Shown: piece by piece, positions 10,030 to 18,170 of the stretch | Position numbering within the stretch: position 1 is the stretch's first letter | Layout: each line of letters begins with the position of its first letter | NCBI GenBank assembly: GCA_048941385.1 | Contig: JBHLNR010000003.1 | Location: 333 to 64,332, forward strand | Length of the DNA: 64,000 nt | Source: Promethearchaeota archaeon | GTDB taxonomy: Archaea > Asgardarchaeota > Lokiarchaeia > Sigyniarchaeales > SOKP01 | Direction: 5' to 3' | Notes under the pieces: generated by a model | Seen by the model: only the letters and a program-made list of their open reading frames with translations | Databases searched by the model: none | Told to the model about the DNA's origin: nothing | Made by a program: the position numbers and the translations under genes

Positions 10030-12174
10030 TCATAATGCTAATTGCGCATCGGATGGACTATATTCACCTGTACCAGTTATCTCATAAGTAATCTCTAATT
10101 TGTCTCCCACTTCTAATTCTTCAATCTCCCATTTTAAGGTATCTTGACCTACTTCATCCGTAACCTTAGGTTTAATTGAATAGGTTCCATATTCAAATGA
10201 ATCAGGAACTTTATCAAGAAGTACAAGATTATAGAGTTTTGATTCACCGATATTTTCAAGAGTTAAGATAATTCTATAATTGCCAAGGTCTCCAATTGGA
10301 ACAACTTCTTTACTCGTACGGAATTTCCTCCTGATGTGAAGTGCTTCAATTACCGGAACTTCTGGTCTGAATTCTAACTCTCGACTTACAGGATATGTGT
10401 TGGCATGATAAATAATTTCCGATTCAAATGTAGAACCTCGAACAGGATTAATACAGTGAATAGGATATTGGAATTCTAAGGTTGAATCTGGTTTAAACAT
10501 TCCTGTGCTAGTGTCTTTAAGATCTTTAAGGGAAATGGTAAAAACATCCATTTCAAAGCTAATTGCATCCCCTGAAAGTTCTACTTCATCCCCATCCCAA
10601 ATTAATGTAATCTCATCTACTTTAGGAGGTTGGTATTCATCAGTAAAACTCTGTTGAATAACAGTAATTTCATTTAATGGAGCTGAACCGTTATTTGCCA
10701 TTTTAAGGGTTGCAATAACATCTTGAGCTTTATACGTTGGAGTTTCAACCTTGTTATAAGCCATATCTCCTGTGATACTAGCGATTTCTAGTATAACGTC
10801 TGAGATCGAGACTGCGACAGTAACATGATATTGATAATCAGGAACAACTCGAAATTCAAGTTTCTTTCTAAATGTTGGATAATCTTCACTTTCATATTGC
10901 CATTTAACTGAATGCCACTGAGCTCCTGATGGTAACATAGGGACATCATTTGGATCAATATCAACAAATTTAGTACTCTCATCATCTGGACTATAAACAT
11001 CGGCATTGAAAAGTTGAATTATAAATTCAGAAGAATTATCAAAGATTAATTTATTATCCCAAATATTCGGTTCTTCATCTCGTTCAAGGGTATCTATAAA
11101 GAATTTGTTTCGAGTATATGCATCAAATTTTTTAATAGCTAATCCCTCCGCAAACGATGAAGTCGCCTTATAGGTAACATCAATTGTTCCAGTTCTTCTC
11201 CTAGCGATGTCATTTACAGTGATATTACAGGTAAATTTGAGTAAAACAGTATATTCCGGCCTTAATCTGTCAATTTTCCAAATTATTTTATCTCCTTCGA
11301 TTTCAGCATGTCCTTCTGACGTGTCACGAATAATTGGATTTGTAAAATCATCTGGTATTGTCTTAATAACTTCTATATCAGAAACAGGCTTATCAAACTC
11401 ATTTCTTAATGCAATTGCAAATGTTATAGTGTTTTCTCTGTCAATAGAGATTCCAAATGTTTCTAAGTTTGATAATACAGCGGTTCCACCATCTTCCCAA
11501 ACTTCTCCTTCATCATCATCTTCTTCCTCTTCTTCGTCATCCTCAGCTTCAGGGGGAATTGTTGGAGCAACTTTTTTGCTAACTTTACTTGTTTTATCTT
11601 TAAGTTTTAAGAGTTCTCTTTCAATGTCATTGATATTTAAAAAATCATCAGCTTCAGGAAGGGTACTTATAAATTCTTTTACCAGAAACAGATTTTGTAC
11701 ATCTTTTTTAAGTTCAAATTCTTTTGTTTCAACATTATCTGGATATTCTGTACCTAGTTCTCTTATTGATATATCACTTGATTTTAAATTAGTGCTACCA
11801 ATATTATCTAATGCCAAGTCAATATCCCAGAGACGATCAGAAGAACTTGGGTTCTCGATACTAATTTTTCCACCAAAACTAAAAGATTCAACATTCGCGT
11901 CATGGTCTTGTTTGACTTCCACATCCTCAATGATCTTTACAAGTGCTAATAATCCTTCCCGATTTCCATCTTTTAATAAAATACTTCCTTCAAGCTCTCC
12001 TGTATCCTCATCATATGTTTCAATAACAGGTGTTGCTGTATCTCTATCGACTAGCTTTACTTTTCCCTCATCCATATCCGTTCTTTTTAATGCTTCTGCT
12101 ACTAATTCTTCTCCAGCTTCATCTTCATCAAAGCCCATCCTCGTTGGTTTTTTTTTCTTATCTTTTTTTGCCAT
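10030..12174 (-). CDS. Large cytoplasmic protein with repeated CARDB/DUF11-like beta-sandwich modules and a poly-acidic linker
   Basis: 714 aa, no signal peptide (MAKKDKKKKPTRMGFDEDE). Acidic run EAEDDEEEEEDDDEGE. At least four segments with the pattern N-x-G/F...[IV]-x-[IV]-x-x-x-[IL]P-D-x-F ... W-x-I ... L-x-[IF]-x-Y/C (e.g. LENIGESKLYNLVLLDKVPDSFEY...LKWEIEELEVGDKLEITYEI). Confidence 0.5.
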   Translation of the reverse strand: MAKKDKKKKPTRMGFDEDEAGEELVAEALKRTDMDEGKVKLVDRDTATPVIETYDEDTGELEGSILLKDGNREGLLALVKIIEDVEVKQDHDANVESFSFGGKISIENPSSSDRLWDIDLALDNIGSTNLKSSDISIRELGTEYPDNVETKEFELKKDVQNLFLVKEFISTLPEADDFLNINDIERELLKLKDKTSKVSKKVAPTIPPEAEDDEEEEEDDDEGEVWEDGGTAVLSNLETFGISIDRENTITFAIALRNEFDKPVSDIEVIKTIPDDFTNPIIRDTSEGHAEIEGDKIIWKIDRLRPEYTVLLKFTCNITVNDIARRRTGTIDVTYKATSSFAEGLAIKKFDAYTRNKFFIDTLERDEEPNIWDNKLIFDNSSEFIIQLFNADVYSPDDESTKFVDIDPNDVPMLPSGAQWHSVKWQYESEDYPTFRKKLEFRVVPDYQYHVTVAVSISDVILEIASITGDMAYNKVETPTYKAQDVIATLKMANNGSAPLNEITVIQQSFTDEYQPPKVDEITLIWDGDEVELSGDAISFEMDVFTISLKDLKDTSTGMFKPDSTLEFQYPIHCINPVRGSTFESEIIYHANTYPVSRELEFRPEVPVIEALHIRRKFRTSKEVVPIGDLGNYRIILTLENIGESKLYNLVLLDKVPDSFEYGTYSIKPKVTDEVGQDTLKWEIEELEVGDKLEITYEITGTGEYSPSDAQLAL

Positions 12175-12454
12175 TATTCTTTACCAGTTTTTTTTATTTA
12201 GATTGAAATTTTATTTAACAGTTAATAAAAGTTTACCCGATAAAATAAAATCTACTACACTCTTTAAAAAATTTTTCATACTAAAGTAGTAGATTATAAG
12301 TAGAACCACAAGAAGTGTTCTTTTTATTGAGACTTGAAATATTTTTTACCATTTTAATATGAATTCTTAGTAATAAAATCAGAATCAATATCTTTATTAC
12401 CACATAATGAATTATGATTTCTAGAAATTTTTACTACAAAGTAAGCATAAATAA

Positions 12455-13894
12455 CTAAATTTGTAGTAAAACTATAACTATATCGTTTACATTACATCCG
12501 GTTGGACCTGTAATAATCTCAGATTTAGTTAATTTAAAAAAACTATTTGAATCGTTATTTTCAAGATATTTCATTATGTTAATTTTGTCTTTATTAATTT
12601 GATTTAAAATATAATTATCTACTAAAGCACCCATAGCTTGACTATTTCCTTCAATACCATCAAGGTTAGCCCCTAAGATTAAAAACTCATGAGGAAACTC
12701 TCGATCTTTTATATAATTTGAAAAGCTTAAGAGCATTTCTTGATTTCTACCCCCAACACCATTTCCTTTGATTTTTACAGTTAACTCACCTGTACCTATT
12801 AATGCAAGATTGCTGGAGTTATTTTTTTCTGGATTTTTTAATTTCTCAAGAATTGTTTTATACAATATTTTTCCAAAATCTACAGATTCACCTGTAATTT
12901 CATTAGAAAAAGAGATTGTATTGAAACCTTTTGTTTCCAAGAATGAAACAACTCTTTCTACTGCATTTTTTACACTTCCTAATAAATAATTATGAACATT
13001 GTTAAAACATCTATCTCCAGATTTGGGAGTTTCTAGTCTTTTCTTTTTCATTCCATCCCTTACATGGTTTCTAATGGATATAGGGAGTTGTTCATAAAGG
13101 TTATATTTTTCTAAAACTGCAAGGGTATCTTGAAAAGTACTACTATCCGGTACAGTTGGTCCAGAGGCTATAGAATCCAAATTATCTCCCACAACGTCAG
13201 ATATAATTAGAGAAACTAATTTTGCTCCACTGGATGTCCATAATGTCTTCGCAATATTCCCACCTTTTATAACAGATAAATGTTTTCGAATGATATTGAT
13301 TTCGTGTATAGAAGCCCCTGATGCTAAGAGAAGAGAATTTAGTTTTTGTAAATCTTCTAAACTTATTCCTTTTTTAGGTAAAGGTAATAGAGCAGATCCA
13401 CCTCCAGACAGCAGAAATATAATTAAATCCTCCCTTTTTGATTCTTTTATGATTTTTAGCATTTCTTTTGCTCCATCAAATCCACTCTGGTCTGGAATTG
13501 GATGGGAAGCATAATTAAATTTAATAATACTTTTTTTCAGCATTTCAGGGTTTATTGAATCCTTCGGAATGTTGACAAAACCATCATATTCAACGTTCTT
13601 TTTTTTGGTTAATATCTTTTCTAGTGAAAGGGCCATTTCAGCAGTAGCTTTCCCTCCTCCAATAATATAAAGCCTTCTAAAATTATTAAGATCATAATCA
13701 TCGTTCTGAATTGTTAATATATTATTCTGAATTCTAATAGAAGAATTAATTAAATTTTGAGGTTTAACTGCATCAATTGCTCTTTCAAGGGTTTCGAGTG
13801 CAATTTTTCTTAAATATAATTGACTTATTTCCAGATTTTCATTAAGTAGTTCATTTAAATTTTGAATATGGATAGGAGATACACCTTGGTTCAA
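12455..13894 (-). CDS. Glycerate 2-kinase / hydroxypyruvate-reductase-like (DUF4147 + MOFRL family)
   Basis: 479 aa with GGGKATAEMA, LLSGGGSALL and C-terminal GTGELTV...GGRNQE...TGPTGCNVNDI motifs characteristic of MOFRL-family glycerate kinases. Confidence 0.75.
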   Translation of the reverse strand: MNQGVSPIHIQNLNELLNENLEISQLYLRKIALETLERAIDAVKPQNLINSSIRIQNNILTIQNDDYDLNNFRRLYIIGGGKATAEMALSLEKILTKKKNVEYDGFVNIPKDSINPEMLKKSIIKFNYASHPIPDQSGFDGAKEMLKIIKESKREDLIIFLLSGGGSALLPLPKKGISLEDLQKLNSLLLASGASIHEINIIRKHLSVIKGGNIAKTLWTSSGAKLVSLIISDVVGDNLDSIASGPTVPDSSTFQDTLAVLEKYNLYEQLPISIRNHVRDGMKKKRLETPKSGDRCFNNVHNYLLGSVKNAVERVVSFLETKGFNTISFSNEITGESVDFGKILYKTILEKLKNPEKNNSSNLALIGTGELTVKIKGNGVGGRNQEMLLSFSNYIKDREFPHEFLILGANLDGIEGNSQAMGALVDNYILNQINKDKINIMKYLENNDSNSFFKLTKSEIITGPTGCNVNDIVIVLLQI

Positions 13895-13993
13895 ATTATT
13901 TGTATTTTATAACTTTTTGTGATCAAATTTATTACTTAATGTATTATTTACAATTTAAACAGCTAATAATAATAATTTGATTATGAGGGAAAA

Positions 13994-15475
13994 ATGTCTG
14001 ATCTTATTTATGATATAGCGATTATTGGGGCAGGTCCAGGAGGTTATCATGCAGCAATAAGAGCAGCTCAATATGGTGCTAAAGTTGCTGTAATTGAAAA
14101 AGACAAACTCGGAGGGACTTGTTTGAACCGTGGTTGTATCCCCACCAAAGCTTTATATGCTTCTGTTCAAGCTATAGAGAAATTGAAGGATTTTGAGGAT
14201 CTTGGTATAGAAATAACAGAGTTCAAACTAAATTTTAAAAAAGCTGTAGAAAGAAAGAACCGTATAGTTACAGAATTAGTTAATGGAATAGATACTTTAG
14301 AGAAAGCTTGGAAAAATGATTTATACTTTGGACACGGTAAAATTGTTGGAGGTAATGTAGAAACTGGTTTTAAAATCTCAATTCAAGATGGAAAAGACAC
14401 TACTATTAAAGCAAAGAGAGTTATCCTAGCCACAGGGTCTTCTCCGGCATTAATTCCTTCCTTTAACATAGACCATGAAAAAATTTTAACTAGTAACGAT
14501 ATTTTAGATCCTAATTTCACTACAGTGCCAGGTAGATTGCTAATCATTGGTGCGGGTGTAATCGGATGTGAATTTGCTAATATTTTTGCATCCTTCGGTA
14601 GTAAAGTTACGATGTTAGAGTACCTTGCTTCACCTATAGCTACTGAAGAACCTATGATAGTAAAAGAATTGATTAAGAAGTTCAATGAACTAGATATTGA
14701 AATAATAACATCTCAAAACGTTCTTTCAGTACAAAATACAGGATCAGGTGTTAAGGTGATAACATGTTCTGCTTCTGTTCCAAGAGATGAAATTGAAGAA
14801 GCAGAGAAGTTTAGTTTTGAAGGAGATATATGCTTAGTTTCAATCGGAAGAGAAAAAGAATCAAAAAATCTCGGATTAGAAGAAATGGGAGTTAAAACAG
14901 ATAGGGGGGCTATAAGATGCAATGGCAACACATTAGAGACTTCTGTTGAAGGAGTCTATGCCATAGGTGATGTAACTGGAGGTTTGATGTTAGCTCATGT
15001 TGCTTATCATGAAGCAGATGTAGCAGTTGCTAATGCATTAGCTAGCATTGGAAATTTCCCTGTAAAAAAAACCAGTACTGATTATAGAGTTGTTCCTGCA
15101 ACTATTTTTACTACACCAAATATTGGATCTGTGGGAATAAGGAGGAAAGCAGCAAAGGATCATGGTATAGATGTATTAATGGGACAATTTCCTTATAGAT
15201 CTTCAGGAAAGGCAAAATGTATGAGTGAAGAAGAAGGGTTTTTAATGACAATTGCAGAAAAGGAAACATTTAAGCTTATAGGTGCTTCATGTATAGGCAT
15301 TGAAGCTTCTGAATTAATTGCAGAACTTGCACTCGCTATTAAACATGGACTGACTGTCCATGATGTTGCGGAGACAATTCATAGTCATCCCACCATCTCC
15401 GAGATGGTACTTGAAGGAAGTGAAGCCGTAATTGGAAAAGCTATTCATAAAAAAGGAAGACCTATTCATGAATAA
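13994..15475 (+). CDS. lpd: Dihydrolipoamide dehydrogenase
   Basis: FAD motif IIGAGPGGY, redox-active disulfide GGTCLNRGCIPTK, NAD motif IIGAGVIGCE, and C-terminal HSHPTISE interface motif. Confidence 0.9.
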   Translation: MSDLIYDIAIIGAGPGGYHAAIRAAQYGAKVAVIEKDKLGGTCLNRGCIPTKALYASVQAIEKLKDFEDLGIEITEFKLNFKKAVERKNRIVTELVNGIDTLEKAWKNDLYFGHGKIVGGNVETGFKISIQDGKDTTIKAKRVILATGSSPALIPSFNIDHEKILTSNDILDPNFTTVPGRLLIIGAGVIGCEFANIFASFGSKVTMLEYLASPIATEEPMIVKELIKKFNELDIEIITSQNVLSVQNTGSGVKVITCSASVPRDEIEEAEKFSFEGDICLVSIGREKESKNLGLEEMGVKTDRGAIRCNGNTLETSVEGVYAIGDVTGGLMLAHVAYHEADVAVANALASIGNFPVKKTSTDYRVVPATIFTTPNIGSVGIRRKAAKDHGIDVLMGQFPYRSSGKAKCMSEEEGFLMTIAEKETFKLIGASCIGIEASELIAELALAIKHGLTVHDVAETIHSHPTISEMVLEGSEAVIGKAIHKKGRPIHE

Positions 15476-15540
15476 ATACCCTATTAGTTTTGATTTTCTG
15501 TAATTTTGTAGTTTTAACGAAATAAAAATGTTAGTAATTT

Positions 15541-15557
15541 AATTCTTGTTTTTAAGG
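15541..15557 (+). repeat. Direct repeat R1 (AATTCTTGTTTTTAAGG)
   Basis: Identical 17-mer recurs at 16543..16559. A near copy is at 16689..16705. Confidence 0.8.
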
Positions 15558-15635
15558 TTAATGGCGTTAATCATACTCAAATACAAATATATTTATGTGC
15601 TTTTAATAACATTTATTATTGGCGAGAATAATAAA

Positions 15636-16472
15636 ATGGTTGAGATGAGAAAAATTGTTGATAAATCACTAATGATGGTCTTTTTGTTAGAGAAATGCAA
15701 TTTTTCATGTATACATTGTGTGCGAGTAGATGAACCCATGCCTATTGGTTATAAATTATCTTTTGAGCAACTTAAGTTATGTTTATCAGATTGTCATACA
15801 TTAGAAACAATAGAATGGGTTCACTTTTCAGGTGGTGAACCAACTTTATGGACGGATGAAAAATTAGATTTGGCAGATCTTTTGATCGAGATTTCAAAAG
15901 CTGGTTTCGAACCTGGTTTTACAACAAATGGTAGTTATTTCATTGATTACATAAAATGTCATGAGCTTTTTCAAAAATATTTTAATAATGCAAATAAACG
16001 TTTACGCCTTTATATCAGCATTGACACGTTTCACCAAAATTTTAATGTTCAAAAAGGAAGAGCAAAAAGCCTTGATAATGTTATTAAATACAAATTAACT
16101 CTCCCATCCAAGAAAAGAGAATTGTTTAATATTATTGTGATAACCACAATTTCTAAAGATCCACAGTCATTGCTTCCGAAGAAAATGATTAAGCATTATC
16201 AATCCTTAGGATTAGAATTCCTTTTTCTTCCATTAAGAGCTGTAGGTAAAGGAAAATCATTGAGTTATTTATGTCCTAATCTTGAAAGTAATAAACAAGA
16301 AGAACTGGGAGCCTATTATCCTTTTCATCAAAAAAAAGAAAGAAAGGAACGATTTGTAACGATAAATCTTGTTCTTATTGATAATGGCTACTATTTTCAT
16401 AATCCTTGGCGTAAAATTGGGAGCCTTGGACACATACCATTAAGAGTTATTGATATGTATAAATTGAATTAA
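15636..16472 (+). CDS. Small radical SAM protein
   Basis: CNFSCIHC (CxxxCxxC) about 20 aa from the ATG at 15636, and the FSGGEPTLW SAM-binding motif. The TTG-started N-terminal extension in the ORF track (from 15546) covers repeat R1 and is probably not translated. Confidence 0.75.
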   Translation: MVEMRKIVDKSLMMVFLLEKCNFSCIHCVRVDEPMPIGYKLSFEQLKLCLSDCHTLETIEWVHFSGGEPTLWTDEKLDLADLLIEISKAGFEPGFTTNGSYFIDYIKCHELFQKYFNNANKRLRLYISIDTFHQNFNVQKGRAKSLDNVIKYKLTLPSKKRELFNIIVITTISKDPQSLLPKKMIKHYQSLGLEFLFLPLRAVGKGKSLSYLCPNLESNKQEELGAYYPFHQKKERKERFVTINLVLIDNGYYFHNPWRKIGSLGHIPLRVIDMYKLN

Positions 16473-16542
16473 TACTCTTAGATTTTTTATGTATAAATAA
16501 CCTACTAGTTTAGTTTTACTATTGTTCGATACACTCTTAATA

Positions 16543-16559
16543 AATTCTTGTTTTTAAGG
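16543..16559 (+). repeat. Direct repeat R2 (AATTCTTGTTTTTAAGG)
   Basis: Identical to R1. The preceding ~55 nt also resemble the spacer after the lpd stop (AAATACCCTATTAGTTT vs AAATAACCTACTAGTTT). Confidence 0.8.
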
Positions 16560-16568
16560 ATGTTTTAA

Positions 16569-16657
16569 ACTGTCCATGATGTTGCGGAGACAATTCTAGT
16601 AGTGAAGCATCGATTGGTAAAGCTATTCATAAAAAAGGTAGACCTATTCACGATTGA
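16569..16657 (+). pseudogene. Decayed duplicate of the 3' end of lpd
   Basis: 16569..16596 is 28/28 identical to lpd 15353..15380. After a ~30-nt deletion and frameshift it continues as AGTGAAGCATCGATTGGTAAAGCTATTCATAAAAAAGGTAGACCTATTCACGATTGA (SEASIGKAIHKKGRPIHD*). The lpd end reads SEAVIGKAIHKKGRPIHE*. Confidence 0.85.
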
Positions 16658-16688
16658 ATGTTATAGGTATTGTTCACTATCATCTTAA

Positions 16689-16705
16689 AATTTCTTGTTT
16701 TTAAA
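16689..16705 (+). repeat. Direct repeat R3 (AATTTCTTGTTTTTAAA, degenerate copy)
   Basis: R2 and R3 plus the following ~10 nt align (ATTCTTGTTTTTAAGGATGTTTTAAA vs TTTCTTGTTTTTAAATATGTTTTTAAA). R3 lies about 90 nt upstream of the next gene's ATG, so it may also be a promoter element. Confidence 0.6.
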
Positions 16706-16796
16706 TATGTTTTTAAATATCTTATTTTACTAATTATTTGCCTTCCTTAATCATAATTTTATGGTTTGTTATTGATCAATAATAAGTTTGCATAGG

Positions 16797-18146
16797 ATGC
16801 TTCGTCAAGTATATGTACTTAAAGAAAATGATGTAATTTATAAACGAGCATATGGAAATGCTCTGAGTAATTCTGAAGTTGAAGATCTGAGTTTTAGGAT
16901 TTTAAAAGAGGTAAAAACAAGCCTTGGGAGAACTTCAGGACATTTTGATTTCATTAAGTATAGAATAGCATATGAAGTTGAGGTTGAAATCAACTTAATT
17001 TTTCTATTTATTACAGGATTGATGGATGATTATTATCGATTGATCAAGCCCCAATTGTTTAACTTTAAGGACCAATTTATAAATCGTCTAGGAGATGATT
17101 TAAAAGGAAAAGACATAAGGAATATAAGTTTTACTGGTATTAACGTAATGCTCGACGAGATGCATAGAAATTTAAAACCAAAAATAGCTGTTGTAGGATT
17201 TGCTGGAGTGGGTAAAACTACTATAAAAAAATTAATAAAAATGGATGAGATTCCTCTTCAACATGTTCCCACTATTACAGGTGAAATCGCTACAATAAAA
17301 ATAGGGAGGCTTTTATTTCGTTTATTTGATTTTGCGGGTCAAGAACAATTTAAATTCCTTTGGAAGGGATTTATAAAGGAAAGTGACGCTGTACTTGTTG
17401 TTACTGATTCTACAATGAAAAATGTTGAAAAAAGCAAATTTTTTATAAACCTCATTAATGAAGAAGTTCCTCATGCACGAGCTGCTTTTATAGCTAATAA
17501 ACAAGACTTAAACAAAGCGATGAGTCCAGAAGAAATAGAAAAAATAACGGGTTTAAAAACATATCCCATGGTTGCAAACCATAAAGAAAACCGGAACAAA
17601 ATGATTCGAGTTATCGCAGATGTGCTGGATATGAGTACCGAAAATTCACCATTACTAGAAGAATTGTTTAATACTACAGATTTATCAGCCGATACCTTAG
17701 TTATACCTGAAGACACTAAAATTATTGAAGAAACACCAATAATAGGAGAAAATGAAGTTCCTCTAAATACCATTCGGTTAGAAAAGATAGAAACTACTAG
17801 CAATGCGAGAGATAAGATTGATCAAGTTATATCAAGTAATATTGAAATTAAACCGATTATGTTTAAAAGTGGGCTTTCAAGCGACGATATCAAATCTCCA
17901 ATTGAAAATGCTTTAGTCCCATCCGATCTATTTGAAGAACTTATTAATGGAAACTCATATACACTAAATGAAAAGCTGAGTATTATTTTTACAGTAATCA
18001 ATTGTGCTTTTCTTACTAAAACTAATCCTGAGGAATACCCCAAATTTGGAAGTTTTTTGAGAAATTTTAAGATGGATGTTTTTAATTCTAAACAATTAAG
18101 GACTATCCGAAAATTCTATTCAAAAATCATTAAACAAGTGACATAG
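16797..18146 (+). CDS. Longin-like N-terminal domain fused to an Arf/Rab-like small GTPase with a C-terminal extension
   Basis: GTPase motifs G1 GFAGVGKTT, G3 DFAGQE, G4 NKQD. The preceding ~125 aa (VYVLKENDVIYKRAYG...IAYEVEVEINLIFLFITG) have a longin/roadblock-like strand-helix pattern. ATG at 16797 is preferred over TTG at 16788. Confidence 0.7.
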   Translation: MLRQVYVLKENDVIYKRAYGNALSNSEVEDLSFRILKEVKTSLGRTSGHFDFIKYRIAYEVEVEINLIFLFITGLMDDYYRLIKPQLFNFKDQFINRLGDDLKGKDIRNISFTGINVMLDEMHRNLKPKIAVVGFAGVGKTTIKKLIKMDEIPLQHVPTITGEIATIKIGRLLFRLFDFAGQEQFKFLWKGFIKESDAVLVVTDSTMKNVEKSKFFINLINEEVPHARAAFIANKQDLNKAMSPEEIEKITGLKTYPMVANHKENRNKMIRVIADVLDMSTENSPLLEELFNTTDLSADTLVIPEDTKIIEETPIIGENEVPLNTIRLEKIETTSNARDKIDQVISSNIEIKPIMFKSGLSSDDIKSPIENALVPSDLFEELINGNSYTLNEKLSIIFTVINCAFLTKTNPEEYPKFGSFLRNFKMDVFNSKQLRTIRKFYSKIIKQVT

Positions 18147-18170
18147 TAGATAAAGAAAAACTTTAAAGAA

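Noticed and set aside
11207-12289. 360-aa Ser-rich ORF on the plus strand
   Set aside because: It lies entirely antisense to the 714-aa gene. The poly-Ser/low-complexity run is the mirror image of that gene's acidic GAA/GAT codon stretch. It has no start context and no motif, so it is a shadow ORF.
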